Positions 1 through 14,400 are shown, numbered from the whole stretch's first letter. The stretch is 63,667 bases of DNA, filler included, from Choristocarpus tenellus KU-1152 (GCA_964200185.2; 10 parts of 10 records of this genome joined end to end with filler, not necessarily neighbours in it), one strand, 5' to 3'. Numbers and translations: made by a program. The notes: generated by a model not told the origin, from the sequence alone.

Positions 1-39
1 CCCCCTCCCAGATACTTTGGGTCATTCCTTGTACTTCTG

Positions 40-3000
40 ACACTAAACCTGAACTCTTGGTTTGGGATGAAATATGTAACACTGGATGCTTTGACGGGCT
101 TCAGCTGGTTTTTGATTAGTAGTTTCGTAAGTCTCTCCTCTCCCCCCCTCCCCCTCTATACGTTCTTGAACTTCTCTTACCTTAAACGACTTTTGGGGAT
201 GCCCCCCATCCAATTTCTGTGACATACCTGTATTCTTAAAACCACAATCCCAACCCTATTTAAGGCTCAACCCATTGCTCAAATGTTGTCCTTGCACCCT
301 CCTCTGCCGTGCCTTGCGTAATCTGGTAGGGACTATTCTGGATGGGTTCCGTAAGGACTCGAGATTTAACATATATGTATTAGTCTAGAACATTCTTAGT
401 ACCCCAATTCTTGGCTACCCGCACACTCCTTATACCTTTGACATTAGACTACCCTTTTACTTTCTTTTATTCTTTTCTCACTTTTTTTCTACAGTTTGAG
501 ATGGAATCTTTTACGCTTAATGCTTTGACACCGTTTCCGCTGGTTTTTATTACAAGCTTCATAGGTCTACCACCCCCCCCCCCCCCATTTTCTCTATGTT
601 CTTGGACTTCTCTCACGTTGGAAAGGTTGTTGGGGATCACCTCCCTCCAGTGTCTGTGCCGAACCTATATTCTCAAGTCCACCTTCCCACCCCTAGTCAA
701 GGATCAACCCATTGCTCCAACAATGGTCATGTACCCTCCTCATCATTGTCTTGCGTAATCCGGTAGAGGCTAATCTGGATGGGTTCTGCAAGGACTCAAT
801 CGTGTATTGTGCATGTATTTTAACAGTAGTAGATGCCAGTGAATTGACTAGGACGTGGGACATTCATCGCTACATTATGTACTTACGATCAACAAGGTGC
901 CCACGTTTCTGATATAGTTCAGGGCTCATCTAAGCAATCCGCATCTTCCTAAACACTTGTTTTTGTCATTGAATATACAAGTATATATGTGTATTTTTAA
1001 AATTTAATAATGAGAGACCTGCCGCCTAATGTTCATATATCTTCCTTTCAATTAAACACATCCATTTCCACTCCTTTTGCAACTCGAATTGTTGGAGACA
1101 TTCGTGCCCTACCATCATATCTGCTTCTTCTTTTTTGTGACCTGAATCTCTCCCCCTCCCCACCCCTTTTATTGACTTGAACTGATTATCCCACTCATAG
1201 GCCATATACTTGTTTTTTTTTCTTTTCCTGTGGTGATTTTTTAAATAATTGTAGAAATTGATGCCCACGAATCTTCCTTAGGGTTAACCCTCAAATGTCT
1301 ATCATTGTAAGCAGTAGCCCCTTATCCACAAGGTCCTATCACATTTTTATGCAGGGTGGTTTCCCCACTAATGTGACTTGAATTTCTCCCGCCCTCTCCC
1401 CCCCCCCCACCCCTTTTATTGTCTTAAACTGATTATCCCACTATTAGCCACTGCCCCTTCTTTCATGATTTTCTTTCACTGTGGCGATTTGTTAATTACT
1501 GGAGAAACGATGACCCCCAAACTTCCTTAGGGTTAGCCCTCAAATGCCTACCCTTGTGAGCAGTAGCCCTTTATTCACAAGGTCATCTCAATTTTTTCAC
1601 ACAGGGTTGTGCAGGAGCTACGATTAATCACCCCCCTCCGCCCCTCTTTATATTGATGCACTCTTCTTTACCTCCATATTCTTCAATATGATGCTCTCAC
1701 CCAATCCCTTTTAACTATCGCATCTCGTTTTTAATCATCTCTTCGACTGTACATCTACTCCCAATCCCCAATTCTTACTTTCGTGGTATTCACTCCACTT
1801 CAAAACCCCACCTACCACGTATCCTCATTCAGTACTTTGAAATTATCTCTACCTACTTTCGTAGCGGCCACTCCACCTAAGAAAAAATCCCAACTACCAT
1901 GTCCCTCATTCAGTACTCCTATCTATACCGGTTTTCTATTTTTTTATTTCTTGTACCACGTCCTCTCCCAACTTGTAGCTATGCTACATAATATATGCAT
2001 GACTACTCATATTGACATAACTGTTGATTCACAGGGTATCTCTATGCCTCATAAAATGTTCCATTACTAGCCCCGTACCTTATGCGTGTGAACCTTGTCT
2101 GGGGTGGTTCCCCCTACACCATCCCACAATGTGCCCACGCTGTTCTATTTTTCTTGCCATATGGGTTGGGTTGAACCATATAGACAGCGGAAGACAACCC
2201 ACGTATTCCACCGCCGATCGATATAGACCTTATATCTGCCCCAGCTCTACATTTGAAGCCATATCTAAACTGTACTTTATCAGATTGTCGCAGGTACACT
2301 ACCTCTACCCTGACCTATTCTTTTTCTCTTTTTGTCATAAACTCCATGGGATAAACATGTTAGTGACATAAACGGCGCACTCTACTATTCGTCCCCACCT
2401 ACCCTTTACACTGTCACTCTGGCAGGGCCCTCAACCTTTTTCTGTCCTGCTGTGTGTATCAACCTATGAATTATTTTTGTTAGTGACCTGCAGTATTAAC
2501 ATGCACACCCCTCTCTGCCAAGAACATTACTGTCAGAATCGACCCGATTCGTCATTTATGCGTTTCTCCTGTTTCACTCCTCCATAACATCAATAACATC
2601 GTGGTCCGTCCTACGTAATTTCTTCTTCTATGGGTTTCCCCGAGTACCCCTCACATTGTGTCTGAATCTCTCACTTACTACACATGTCCCATTCCTGCCT
2701 AACAATCATCTACGATGTTTTTCATCGTCACAGTCATTGCCCCCCTTACCTTGTGAGCGATTCCTTACCATTTGTATATCTTGTTCTCAAGCATCCCCGC
2801 CTTTTCCACAGGGCCTTTCCCTCTTTCAACGATAAGGAAGATTGCTCGGGTTCTTCCTTAATCCACTCCGACGAAGGCTTGTTCGGGGGTCCTCTTGATC
2901 TAGCCCTCCTCGTCTTGTCACCCCAGTTTCAGGTTTCCTCTTCGATTCAATACTGTTCATTCCTTCATCCCTTGTGCTCTGTCTGCCACCTATGTTCTTA

Positions 3001-3480
3001 ACCACTCAATCAATCTCTAACTATTCGTTCCCTCCTTGATACTTTAAATTCTATACTGTCCCCTTCCTGGCCTTGTCCTCCCAACCAACCAGAATTCTTC
3101 TGCCCACAAACTCAGATTACTTCGTAAACTTTCCCATTGTTGTATTATTGTTGTGATGTGACCTGAAAGAACTACCATTGTCGCAGCACACAAAGTTATT
3201 GGTACCACATTACTCAAATTGCAAATCCTTCCTGCAACTTGTGCATCTTCTAGCAAATCAGAATTGCTCTTGTAAGAATCCTTACCTGTGTGTACTGCTA
3301 GGGGTTCCTAGAACACAAAAATAAATGCTCGCTGTTTTCCCCCCTAACATTTGACCTGGATTGGTCTACTTTGCACTTCCAACAAAACTTTGGGTAAGAA
3401 CTTATTCTCTTAAATCAAATTCATCAATAAGAGTAATTCCAATCGCGATTGAAGAACACATAAATCTTGACATATGAATA
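40..3480 (-). mobile_element. Highly degenerate repeat region, probably non-LTR retrotransposon (LINE-like) remains, with internal duplications
   Basis: Bases ~130-360 resemble ~570-800, and ~1140-1370 resemble ~1390-1610. Bases 3090-3135 (gaattcttctgcccacaaactcagattacttcgtaaactt) recur at ~24093-24136 next to LINE RT-like debris. No intact ORF. Confidence 0.4.
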
Positions 3481-4017
3481 GGCTTCTGTTACAACTCATC
3501 ACACTTAAGACTGTCTTTGAACAGTATTTGGAAAGCTATCAAAAAGATCAAGTACTCACACAGCACATCCCCTAAGAGTAAGTCTTCTCCGACCAACATC
3601 CAACAACTTCCTTTATTCCAACAACAACACGGATAAGTGTTACCGATTGTGAGGTTTAGGTTTAGGTTTGAGAGGATTGTCCTCTTCCCACAAATAATCA
3701 ATCGAAGGTCAGGCCTCCAACAAAGACTGCAGTTGGGTGGATGAAAGGGGAGCGACCGGAAGTGTTCCAGTGAAGAGTTCCCGTCCACTGGCTGTACGAG
3801 ACGGGAAACGCAACCTAAGCTTACATATCTACCTAAACAATGTATATTGAGCTGGTGCACTCTGTCATGTCGCTTAAGATGATGGCCTGGGTGCTTACCC
3901 TCTCACCTACGCACATTGAGGCGGCGACGGTTACCTTGGATATCAAAACGAGTTTACGTGAATATGTAGAGGAGTGCGTTCGGGATATGATATTTCCAGA
4001 GGGTGGCTGTGATCTGT

Positions 4018-4086
4018 TAAAACATAGGCTACTCATTTGTTTCCTGTTGATATGGTACACATTACTACCAGCTTGTACTGACTTTT
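4018..4086 (+). repeat. Dispersed repeat; inverted copy at ~61470-61538
   Basis: aaacataggctactcatttgtttcctgttgatatg...taccagcttgtactgact matches the reverse complement of 61470-61538. Confidence 0.8.
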
Positions 4087-4186
4087 NNNNNNNNNNNNNN
4101 NNNNNNNNNNNNNNNNNNNNNNNNNNNNNNTTAATTAATTAANNNNNNNNNNNNNNNNNNNNNNNNNNNNNNNNNNNNNNNNNNNN
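4087..4186. other. Artificial contig linker (first of nine; others at 8120-8219, 16957-17056, 21498-21597, 35249-35348, 38383-38482, 44163-44262, 50606-50705, 53959-54058)
   Basis: An identical 44N-TTAATTAATTAA-44N cassette with stops in all six frames occurs nine times. Confidence 0.98.
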
Positions 4187-4659
4187 CACAGGAAACGTTC
4201 TTGAAATTTGACAGGGAGTTTTTATATACCTTTTTTTAATGAATAAAGAGAACGCCCCCCCCCCCCCCCCCCCCCCCCCCCCCGTGAAAGGATAACAATT
4301 TCCCTTGTTCGTGTTAGGCGTGGCAGTTATCCAACTCCAGATGTGGTACGGAGTTGTCCTCCACGTGGCCGCCGGCTACCATACCTCTCTCTAGTTGCCC
4401 TAACGGCAGTATTGTCTGACATGACATGCAGCGGCCCAAAAAGATAATAACATTGGTAACTGTAACTGTCTTCCGCCAAAAAAAAAAAAACTGAATCGAT
4501 GCATCAATGGTTAGTGGTACCCCGGTGTGTCTAACCCTGGCGTAACAGTCTGAATACTTCTTTGTGGTTTTCCTATCACCTAGGCGTTCAAGTAGAAATT
4601 GTGACACTCTCCAGCACTGAGTCTTTGCCTGCACTTCCTCTCCTGCTGTCGATCCGTCG

Positions 4660-4701
<42 letters not shown>

Positions 4702-7700
4702 TGCCGGCCCCCCTTCCCCCTCCCCCCCCCCCCCCTCTGTGTTGGGTCTGTTTTTTTTTTTTTTNNNNNNNNNNTCAAGAAAAAATTTGGGCCCCCCCCC
4801 CCACTGGGTCTTTGCCCCCCCTGCCCCCCCCCGCCGGGGCCCCCCCCCCCCCCCCCCCCCCCCTCTCCCCAACCTCTGCTGATGTCGGGTTGCTCTTCTT
4901 CAAGCTACGGAACGGTCCCTTGATGTTGAGTGCTCTTTTTTCTTGTATTCTTTATGTACGTCGAGTTTAATTGGGGTCTGTTGATCGTGTGGCTTTTGAA
5001 CCCCCACCTGCCCTGACAATCCCCTGTCTTCCCCCCCTTTTTATACTCACGATTTATGATCCAAAAGAGGATCTGGAATAAATGTCGACCTGAGAAGAGA
5101 CAGGGGTCGGTTTCTGTTCCTGTCCTCGAGAATTGAATAATATGCTCAGATTTGTAGGCGTAAGGGTGATGAATCAGAGAGTGCTTGTTGCTGAGATGTT
5201 TCAACTTTCAAGAAAATGGGCGAGAAAATTCTTGCACTCTTGATTCTCCTCAGTATTTTTACGGTTTCATTGTAATGGGCCTCTGTTGCAAGTACTGTTT
5301 CATTGGGAGAGGGAAAGTGAGTACTCGTGTATTGTTGAGAAGACGTGTTATGGATACTGCTTGCCTTATGCTTTGCCCTTGAGTTTTTAGGTTGTATTTG
5401 TGAATTACCTAGCCCTCAGTGTTTCACTCAAGTAGACACTTTATGCTGCATATTTTACCCTGAAACAGTCGCAGAATTGCAGAATTGAGCACCTTGCCTG
5501 AGTTCATGCTGTGGCGATTCTGAAAGCCTCTAGTCCAAGCAGTTATGCAAGCCTCACCATGCACGATTTCCGTTCTTTTTACTGTGAATTTGTTGAGTGT
5601 TATAGGAGTGTTTCCATGAGGCAGACGAGACGTGAAGTTTCTTGATTGCACCGTTGCCAGTATTAGCAGGGGCAGAAGGACGCAAGAGTTTTGTCAACTC
5701 GAACTGTGGCACCAAAATTGTAGTACTGTTGTTGTTGGGTATGTTTTCACAATGCTTTGGGTTTTGGCGTTTCCTAAACACTAACCACCTGTAAGTACTT
5801 GTTCGGGCACGTATGTTCCAAAGTGTGGGGTCGGTGAGGCTTGCCAAGAACCTTTTTTTTTTTGTTCAGAAGCCTCCTGTGTTACAGGCATCTTCTTGTC
5901 CCAGTGAGTGTGGAGTAGATCTCTCATACCTGCATGATTGGTCAGTTGGTGTGTGAGTGTGTGTGTGTGTACCTGGGTGTACCTGGGTTTAGTGTCCCTA
6001 TCACCAGTCTCTTAGTCTGAGTGCATTTTTTCTGGTTGTGAGTTTCCGGGATTGGCAAGGCAGTATGTGTTGCAGTGGAGGTTGCATATTGGCGAGAAGC
6101 GAATATGAGATATTTTTGTGTGTGGGCTGTTGTGTGAAACTGCTCAATCCAGCTCCCCCAGTCCCTCCCTCGCCCCTTTATGTATGTGCATTGCAATGTG
6201 TGCTTGTCAATTATTTGAGTAAATGCTGGAAGTTAGACAAAGGACCGCAGTGTGTAATCTAAGTCAATCCCTTCATTTTTAAGCGAGATTAAACCTTGTT
6301 TTGAACCTTTCTGTTTTCCTCTCCGCCTGTTACAGTGTAGTATATCATTACAAGAACGATTGATAAGCATGCCATCTATTTCGAGGAGATTGTTGTGATC
6401 AAGGTCATCAGTTCATACAGCTGCTACTTCATTGGTGTTGAAACAAGGCAAGATAAGCCTGTTTGTAAACCTTTTTTTTTCTCTTCTATTCTTTAGTCTG
6501 ACTTCTGAGGGGGAAGATAGAACCTTCAGGAAAAGTTTTGCATTGCATTAAACTTCCACACACCCAAACCTCATTAAGGTCTCAATGCTGCTAGTTGTGT
6601 AGAATTTTGAAGAATTAAGTACTAGTAGGGTATACGCTGTGTTACTCATGCATGTATCATGTGCAACATGCTGCTACACGCTCTGGAGGAAATACCATCA
6701 TGACTGCTGCTTTTTTCCTCTAAGGGAGAGTGATAGTGGAAATGAGATGATGAGCTAAGTAATATGCGAAGGTCAGCACTTTTACATGGTCAAGAAGTAA
6801 GTCTGTATTATTTTCTTTTTTGAACACAATGATGTAAGTGTAGTACACACATATTCTGTTGTAAGGGTGCTGCTACAATGATTATTAGCTTGCAGTAAGC
6901 CGTACTATTATTGCTCCAAGTGTAGCACAGGGGTGACTCTGTCGATAATAGTTAACAGTATTATATTGTTGATCTGTAGAGTACGCTGATGACATGTCAA
7001 GATAGGTAGGTATACCTTTCTGTTGCACACAGGACCAGTGTGTGTTGGGATGACATATCCCTGCTTTGATTATGAATTATAAAACCTGCTGTTCTCACTC
7101 ACTGTGATCTTCTGGAACTAGAGCTGCATGGTTCATGATGTAATTGTGATGGGATTTTAAATATACATAAATATATATATATATGTTTTTACTCGAGTTC
7201 TCTTGTACAAGACAGGCGACGAATCTAGAGAGGTGGGACGAGGAGGTTAATGTAGTAGTAAGTAGCACATGGGGCTACAGGTATTTAACGATACTTAAGC
7301 ATTTTTGAGCTGTGTTTGTCTCTCCTTGATTACATTAAAAAATCCCAGTAAATCACACAATAAATGGCTTATCGTAAAAAGTTCTCGACACCCCACAGGT
7401 AACATGTCCTATACACCTCCACCTTGCTGTCAACATCACAAGCTTCTACTTCTAAGTAATACGTTGACACCTACTACCTGGGAAATCTGGTAGTTTTCCA
7501 CTGGAAGATGTTCCCGTTTTAAGGTCACAACAAGAGAAGAGGGAAAGGTGGATGCATATGTGTATTATTAATGGGCGTTCGAATCTTGTAACCCACTAAT
7601 TTGAAAATATAGGTAATACTAATATTAGGGGCACTCTGTACTAGAGTATACTACACTATGAAGTATGTCTCTTCTACACACCATCCCGTGACAAGGGGAG

Positions 7701-8991
7701 ATACTGATCTGGAATGGAAGTGTTGGACAACTCCAGGGACGGAATCATAAATAGGTGTAGGCTGCCTCATTTTTCTCGAGATTTTTGGTGGGCAACCTTT
7801 TTAGTGCCTGGACAAGACATACATAAAATATGAACATGTAAAAAATAAGTCTTGCTACTTTATTGGGACTGCAAAAGTTACGTTATATTTAATTCCGAAC
7901 GGAGGTAGTACATGTGGGAACACACACTATGTTACTGCATTTATTAATCATAAATTTGTCCAACATATTCCATCGAAGAAGATAGAGTCGGTGCAGATCA
8001 ACAGTACTGTTGTATGAATAAGACTGTGCGATTCAATCATCACCATGTAACAGGGGATTCGCAAAATTGAGGATGGAGCGGGACTATGAGGATGGTTGTT
8101 TTGCGAAAACGGTCTTAAANNNNNNNNNNNNNNNNNNNNNNNNNNNNNNNNNNNNNNNNNNNNTTAATTAATTAANNNNNNNNNNNNNNNNNNNNNNNNN
8201 NNNNNNNNNNNNNNNNNNNATAAGTAGCGGACTGATTGCAAAACCCCCTGACACATCTGCAAAATGTCATAGAGCATAATAATAATAAATATATAGAATA
8301 TGTGTCACACTGCTGTCGATTTCGAAGACAAATAAAAATAAACATAAACAATTCTGAGTGAAGCTGTTTCATCATACCGCTGTTGGTGTATAAGATACTA
8401 TAACGTACCGTTTAAGGTTCTTTATTGAGAATCTTGGATTCCAATGGACCTTGAAGGTAGAAAGGAGTCTTAATAAAAGGTATCAAAGATAAGAAGAGGT
8501 AAAGGTCGACTTGGTCCATCTTGTCTATCTTGGCCAGTGATTCTCTTCACCTCCTATGCCTGAGTGAACCACGGTGCTGTCACTGCTGAGATCAGCCAGA
8601 GGATTACGAAAGCTTGGAGTTATTTTTCACGAATACAGGCAAGACTCAAATGGTCAAGGCTGAATGAAGTGGTTGAAGTTCTGTAGTCCGCTTGTCAAAA
8701 ATAGACACCTCCCCAGGTTCATTATCTGACGCTCCGTTCACATCGCCACCCCAAATTCCTCCTCCACTACTGTATAGTATTCCGTGAATGGGAACGCACC
8801 GATCATGGCCTGCCCTACAGAGATGCTCGTACGAAGATTAGATACGAGAGTATCAACGCAACAATGCGCAAGCAGGGAAAGCTCTTATTTACAGGGTGAG
8901 TTGCATACATCGGGAATGAACGACCTCCCAAGGTGTTGATGTTTGGGGAGTTGCCACAGTAAAAAGGAAGCTAGGTGGACAGGAGAAGAAC

Positions 8992-9113
8992 TAACAGCCG
9001 GTTTCAAAAATTGAGGATGGAGCTTTTCATTTCGACACTTTATCCCAGTCAATTTTGGGTCAAGCCCATCCTCAATGAAAAGCTCCATCCTCAATTTTTG
9101 AAATCGGCTGTTA
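8992..9113. mobile_element. 122-bp foldback MITE with 40-bp terminal inverted repeats; related ends at 8048-8119 and 21598-21652
   Basis: TAACAGCCGGTTTCAAAAATTGAGGATGGAGCTTTTCATT (8992-9031) is the reverse complement of 9074-9113 with one mismatch. Confidence 0.85.
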
Positions 9114-9407
9114 ACTGATGGACATGCCTCCAAGACAACCTTGGGAAGTTTGAGATTGCAGTGGACGGTTGGAAAACCAAGGCAACTAACCAAAAAGAGG
9201 CGATATGAGTGTGTGTCTGACGAAGCCACAAGTGACATGGCAGAGTGGCGTACCAAGTAAACTTCCATAGCTAATGTACGTGACATCAAATATATTGCCC
9301 TCTTTGAACTACCTTTTCGGGTCTGGAATGCCTGAGAAGCGTCACTCACTCTCGTTTCTTAGTGTCACTTTGATGTGGACTGAGGAGCCACCACTATTGT
9401 CAATACT

Positions 9408-9620
9408 TTTTTACTTCACACACAGGTCAGGTTTAGGTTTTGAAATGTGTGTCAACATGTCTAGAAGATATCATAGTGGCGGTTCCTTGAGAGGTGGTGG
9501 TTCTCCACACGTGTACACTGTACTGCTATTCCATAGTGTGAAACTTCTTCCCACAAAGGCTCCTAGGCTGGTTGAGAATGTTTCTCATACACAAGTGAGG
9601 ATTAGGTTTGAGGTTAGGTA
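9408..9620 (+). repeat. Dispersed repeat carrying telomere-like TTAGG(G) motifs; inverted copy at ~32595-32798
   Basis: ttcacacacag(g/a)tcagg...ttaggttttgaaa...aggtggt(g/c)gttc...tacactgtact aligns with the reverse complement of 32595-32798. Confidence 0.65.
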
Positions 9621-9632
9621 ATCCTGTCAATT

Positions 9633-9848
9633 GGGTAGGTTAGGTAATCCTAAGATTTTACAGAGGGAGGAGCTCACAATTGACAGGTCAAGTTAGAAGT
9701 CTACAACAGGCTGAAGTAGAGGGTACATACTAGATAATTACAAACAAGTTTATGTTCCACCCTCCGCTATTCAACTTCTTTTCTCTCCATGATTGTCAAT
9801 TGTGACCTCCTCCCTCTCTCTAATATATTAGGATTACCTAACCTACCC
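9633..9848. mobile_element. 216-bp MITE with ~55-bp imperfect TIRs (GGGTAGGTTAGGTAATCCTAA...)
   Basis: The left arm gggtaggttaggtaatcctaagattttacagagggaggagctcacaattgaca pairs with tgtcaattgtgacctcctccctctctctaatatattaggattacctaacctaccc. Confidence 0.8.
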
Positions 9849-10849
9849 TTACCTGTCGTGTCAAAAAGCAGACCACAAATAGAAGAAAATCCAGCACCCA
9901 CCCACCACCCACCACCTCGGATTCATTTTTTTTCTCCAAGCTCAAAACGTACAATCGGCTGGGCAGTTAATTTGGTTTGCATTTTGTTCCATAGCAAGAA
10001 TAAAGGTTGTGTCATGTTATTATGTGGCAAATCCTCTATTGTCATTCTTTGCAGATAAAAATAATCATTAGACATAGATGTTCATCCCAGGTTGCCTAAA
10101 GAATGTGGTCTTTTATTTTAGCATGATGACTGAACCAATCCCCATACATGTTCTTCATAGACCTTACAGTGTTCCACATAGATGTATGGAATATACATTT
10201 CAATCGACTGGTGCACATCATGTCGAGCTTCAAGCCCTCCCCACCCTCCTTCCTCTCCCACACAGTGTGGATAGGATAGCTCTTCTGACATACATTGATG
10301 TAGTGTATTTCGTGATGAAGGTGTTGCCTTGCTGCATAGAGCATACACATACACATACATTTGTCCTAAGTAGACTTGTATGGTCACAAGATACCCCCCT
10401 TACAATGTTGACTCCCATCAAAACTTGTACCCACAAATACACCTACTGATGAAAAAAGTCAGAATGACTGGTGAGGGATGTGGTCTTACAGGAAATACAT
10501 CATTCTGATGACACTAAAATACAAGGCATTTGTCGTGGTGGCCACCTTTGCATCTCTGCACTTGGCTAGTACACTACTTAATACATCAGACATCACGTCC
10601 TCTCCCTCCTCAACTCTTACTCAACAACCAAGGTTGTTCCTAGACATCTCTCTACATCATACCTCCCACTGAAAAACTCCAAGTTGCCCCTCCTCCTACA
10701 AGTACCCTGAACTATATCTCAATATACTACATAAAAGAAAATGCATCTCCAAAGAGATGTATCATGATCATCACGAGACGATTTGCACACATAAACTGGC
10801 AATCAAGCTCCTCATTCGATCAGATTACCTCTATCAACAGACTGATTCA

Positions 10850-11100
10850 TGCCAAAACATGAATGCTCACTTTGCACATTCTTTTTCCTCATCTTTTGGC
10901 GGGTGTCAATTCAGAGGGTTTTTAAGCAGCAAAGCTACCAAGAAACATCATGCTGTCGATCGAGCCATCACTGTGAACAGTCATGTCTCAAACATTTCTA
11001 CAACTCAATACAAATACTCTAGAGTGCATGGTGCCACCTATCTATCGAAATACAGATAGGGAAAGAGCACCAAGGCACTATGGACATCCATTACATCTCT
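10850..11100 (-). mobile_element. Very degenerate copia-like RT fragment
   Basis: The minus-strand translation GCP*CLGALSLSVFR...VLSCRNV*DMTVH resembles the copia 'PYREVVGALLYLS..TRPDI..AV..LSR' block. Many stops. Confidence 0.35.
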
Positions 11101-11489
11101 TACTGGTCATAAAAATGCTGCACATTGAAATGTAAAGAAAAGCACTAAAAAATGTGATGCACACAAAGGTAGAAAGTAACCCCAACCTATCCATCAGCGC
11201 AAAACCCATGGTGTGCTTGAGAGGGCTATGTGTAGGTGCTGAGTCCATATCAATTTACACAGAGACAAGGATAGCATATGATAATTGAGTGTGTGTAATC
11301 CATTGGTACAAGTTCCACAGTCAAGAAAGACTGTGTCACCCACCCACTCTCATTCCCACATAAAAGCACAAAAATAAAAAAATACAGAAATAAATGGAAG
11401 TAGCCCTTTGAGATATTTCCTGAGTCACAACAAAATGAATATGATATGAACCATGGAACCGAAACATCCCACCTTACCACCTCAAATCA

Positions 11490-14400
11490 ACCTCTTGCTT
11501 CCCCCCACCAAAGAACAGGATCACACATCCACCACCATGTAGACTCCTTGATGAATTTTTTGGACTGATACGCACTCAGTATACTGGCTTGAAAAGTGAT
11601 GAAATGGACCAAATCAGAGAGACGTAAGCTTCCTGTGCTGCTGTAGAGATGCCTGGCATGCCCGAAGGTGGTGCTGTATGTTGACATCTTCCACTTCAGA
11701 TCCTGCAGCATACAACCTTAATTTCTCCCAGTGGTCTCTGAAATCTCGCTTTAGTGGTCATCAGATAAGGGGGCATGAAAAGAGAGTAGGGTAGGTGGAA
11801 ATTTTAGCCAACCGAAATGAAAAATGAAGAATTGGGGGAATCAGAGGTAGGGAGTGGATGTACATCACAACAAGAGGAAAATGGGGGATGAGGGATAGGG
11901 TACATCGAAAGGGGAGGCACCTGCGTTGAAGTGGTACACCTGACCTCATTGGCTTTCACTGCATTACAGATACCATGCAACCTAATACCTCGTGTGCCAT
12001 ATACACTCTGCATTGTGCTGTCAGGGCTGATCAAAGATTGACAAACAACAATTGAGAATACAAGTAACATACAATATACTCGCAAAAATATTGAAATCAA
12101 CTCTCTTACCCTATCAAGGGCCCCAGAGTCCTTCACAAGGAGTGAAAGTGCCCTCATGCACATCCTTCTTGTTCCGATCTCTTCTCCCTCTTGATCAAGC
12201 TCCTTGTATCCTGTCTTCTCATTTGAAGCTCTCTTTGCACCTTTGTTCAATGCCAGGCGCACAAGAAGCCCCACAACATTTTCCTCCACCCCCTCCCCCT
12301 CTTCATTTGACGCAACCACACGAGCATTGCAGGTGTTTTCACAATGATCACGCCCAGTACTAACAGAACGTGTGGGAGCAGGTTTTCCTGCAGAGATCAC
12401 AGCATCTGCCTCGGAAGTAGTATCAGCAGGTGATACTTTTAGGTGCTGAAATGAGGGAGCAATCACTGGTGTCCAAATATCCTTCTTCTGCAAGGAGATT
12501 GACTGCAGCAAAAGATTGCGGAGCACTGGGTTCCCACAGAGGTTGAAGATCACCACAGCAGCTTGCCTCCTCACAGGGCGAACCGATGTCCCGAGGAGCT
12601 TAACTGAGGCAGAGACCAGGGTCCCTACCTCTGGGGCCTTGGGGCACATGGCGAGGGCCTCAACAAAGTAGGCTGTTGTATGTTGGAGTTAAGAAGGGGG
12701 TGTAAAGGGAGAAGGAGAGCACACACGGCAACATTTGGGGGTACAGACGAGAGTGAAGCGGTGTAGGGTTAGGGTTAGGGTTATACAGATTCATCTGCAT
12801 TTGCCTACTTCTACAACAACAACAAAAAAACTAGATTCAGGGGGCAACAACTGTCCACTTACTGCACATTCTAGAGTTATACTTGGAAACACTCATCAAT
12901 CTCAAGTTGCAAGTTACCCTCAACCTACAGCTGTAAAGCTGTATGGGGAAAGGCTAGCGCGGGCGTGGATGGGGTAAGCTATAACAGGGGGAGGTTGTGG
13001 GACAGACCTACTTTCTCCATCTTCCGTGGGACAAAGGAGGCATTTTGTCCGTGTTGTAACGCTTATTTTCTGATGTCTAAGGAGCAATCGGATTTCATTC
13101 TTATCTGAACATTTAGCAACTAAAGAATCCACAATAAAATCTGAAAAGGAAAAGGAAGATTTGCAGCACCATCAAAAGCATCCTTACACCGTGCTTAATT
13201 CTTACAAACCTTTCGAGATCCAAAAACGTCGGCGTCCCCCTTTGAACCACCACCTGAAACAATTTTTGAGGGGTATCTGCATGTCCAACTCAAAGAGAGA
13301 AAATGCCAAACATTTACACTGAGAAGAGCATCATCAAGATTTTGTTTGCACTTGAGGACATTTACCGCTCACACTCAGCACAGTCTTCAGTAAGGATCAA
13401 TTAGAAACATCGACATCACACAAGCAGACAGTATTCTTGGCTCTGTAGGAGAGCCACTATTGTATTATCATGTGCATCTTTTAAACACCATCTTTGCTTC
13501 CACCCCTTTATTAATTGTACGTACCATTGCTTGTTAGTTCAGCAGCAGCATTGGTGGCATCAGCTTGCACATCAATGTATTCCCCCGCCATCATCTCAGT
13601 CACCCTGCCCACATCCTCAAGCATGATTTTATGTGTGGACTGTTCAAGAAAAGGCGATCCACCCGATTATCCAGGTTTGCAAACAAAAGATTTGAAGACA
13701 TGCAGGGAGCGGTAGGTGGAGGGGGGGGAGGGAAGAGGGAGTGATCAATACAAAAAACTGAGTCGGGTTTGGGCTATGGGAGAGGTGTTGAGGTGCAGGA
13801 CTGTTGGATCCCAATCGTAACTGATCCATTGCCTGTTGAGTATCTTCCTTTTATCTCTCCAACCCCTCCTCCTCCACACAATTAACCTTACATTTTCCCC
13901 TGAACAACACTAAATTATGCACCCTCTCCCACCTCACCTTGTCATTATCTCGAACCTTGCCTTCTGCCATGCATTTTTCATGCTTGATAGAGCCCTCCGC
14001 AATAATATTTTCAGGCACAGCCTTGTCATCCATCATGGAAGGAAGAGTTACTTCTGACTGGCAGGGTTGCAGGGGTACAGCAGCTTGATCTACAGATGTG
14101 ACACGTGCTAAGCCATTCCAAGGTGGCTTCGAATAGGATATCCTCTCCAGCCTTAGCTTCTTGTTTTCACCTTCATAGTCATAGTGGCAAGTTCCTAGGA
14201 CATCAACACCTTCTTTGCCCTGCATTTGGAATATGTGGTATGGGTAGATTGATGTGGGATAGATGGAGTTAGGTCGAGATTCCAGCCAACATACATGCAA
14301 TAGACTCTTCAATCACTAATGCAAAGAAGGCAATGCCAACAAATTGCGGTAGAGTCAACTTGGGACCGTTTCAGCACGGGAGGTAAGGCACCACTCAAAT

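Noticed and set aside
4131-4142. Recurrent TTAATTAATTAA palindrome as a biological motif
   Set aside because: It is always centred in 100-nt N blocks and is an assembly spacer.
4562-4882. Poly-Pro/poly-Gly ORFs (also 15935-16211)
   Set aside because: They derive from low-quality poly-C/poly-G tracts next to N gaps.
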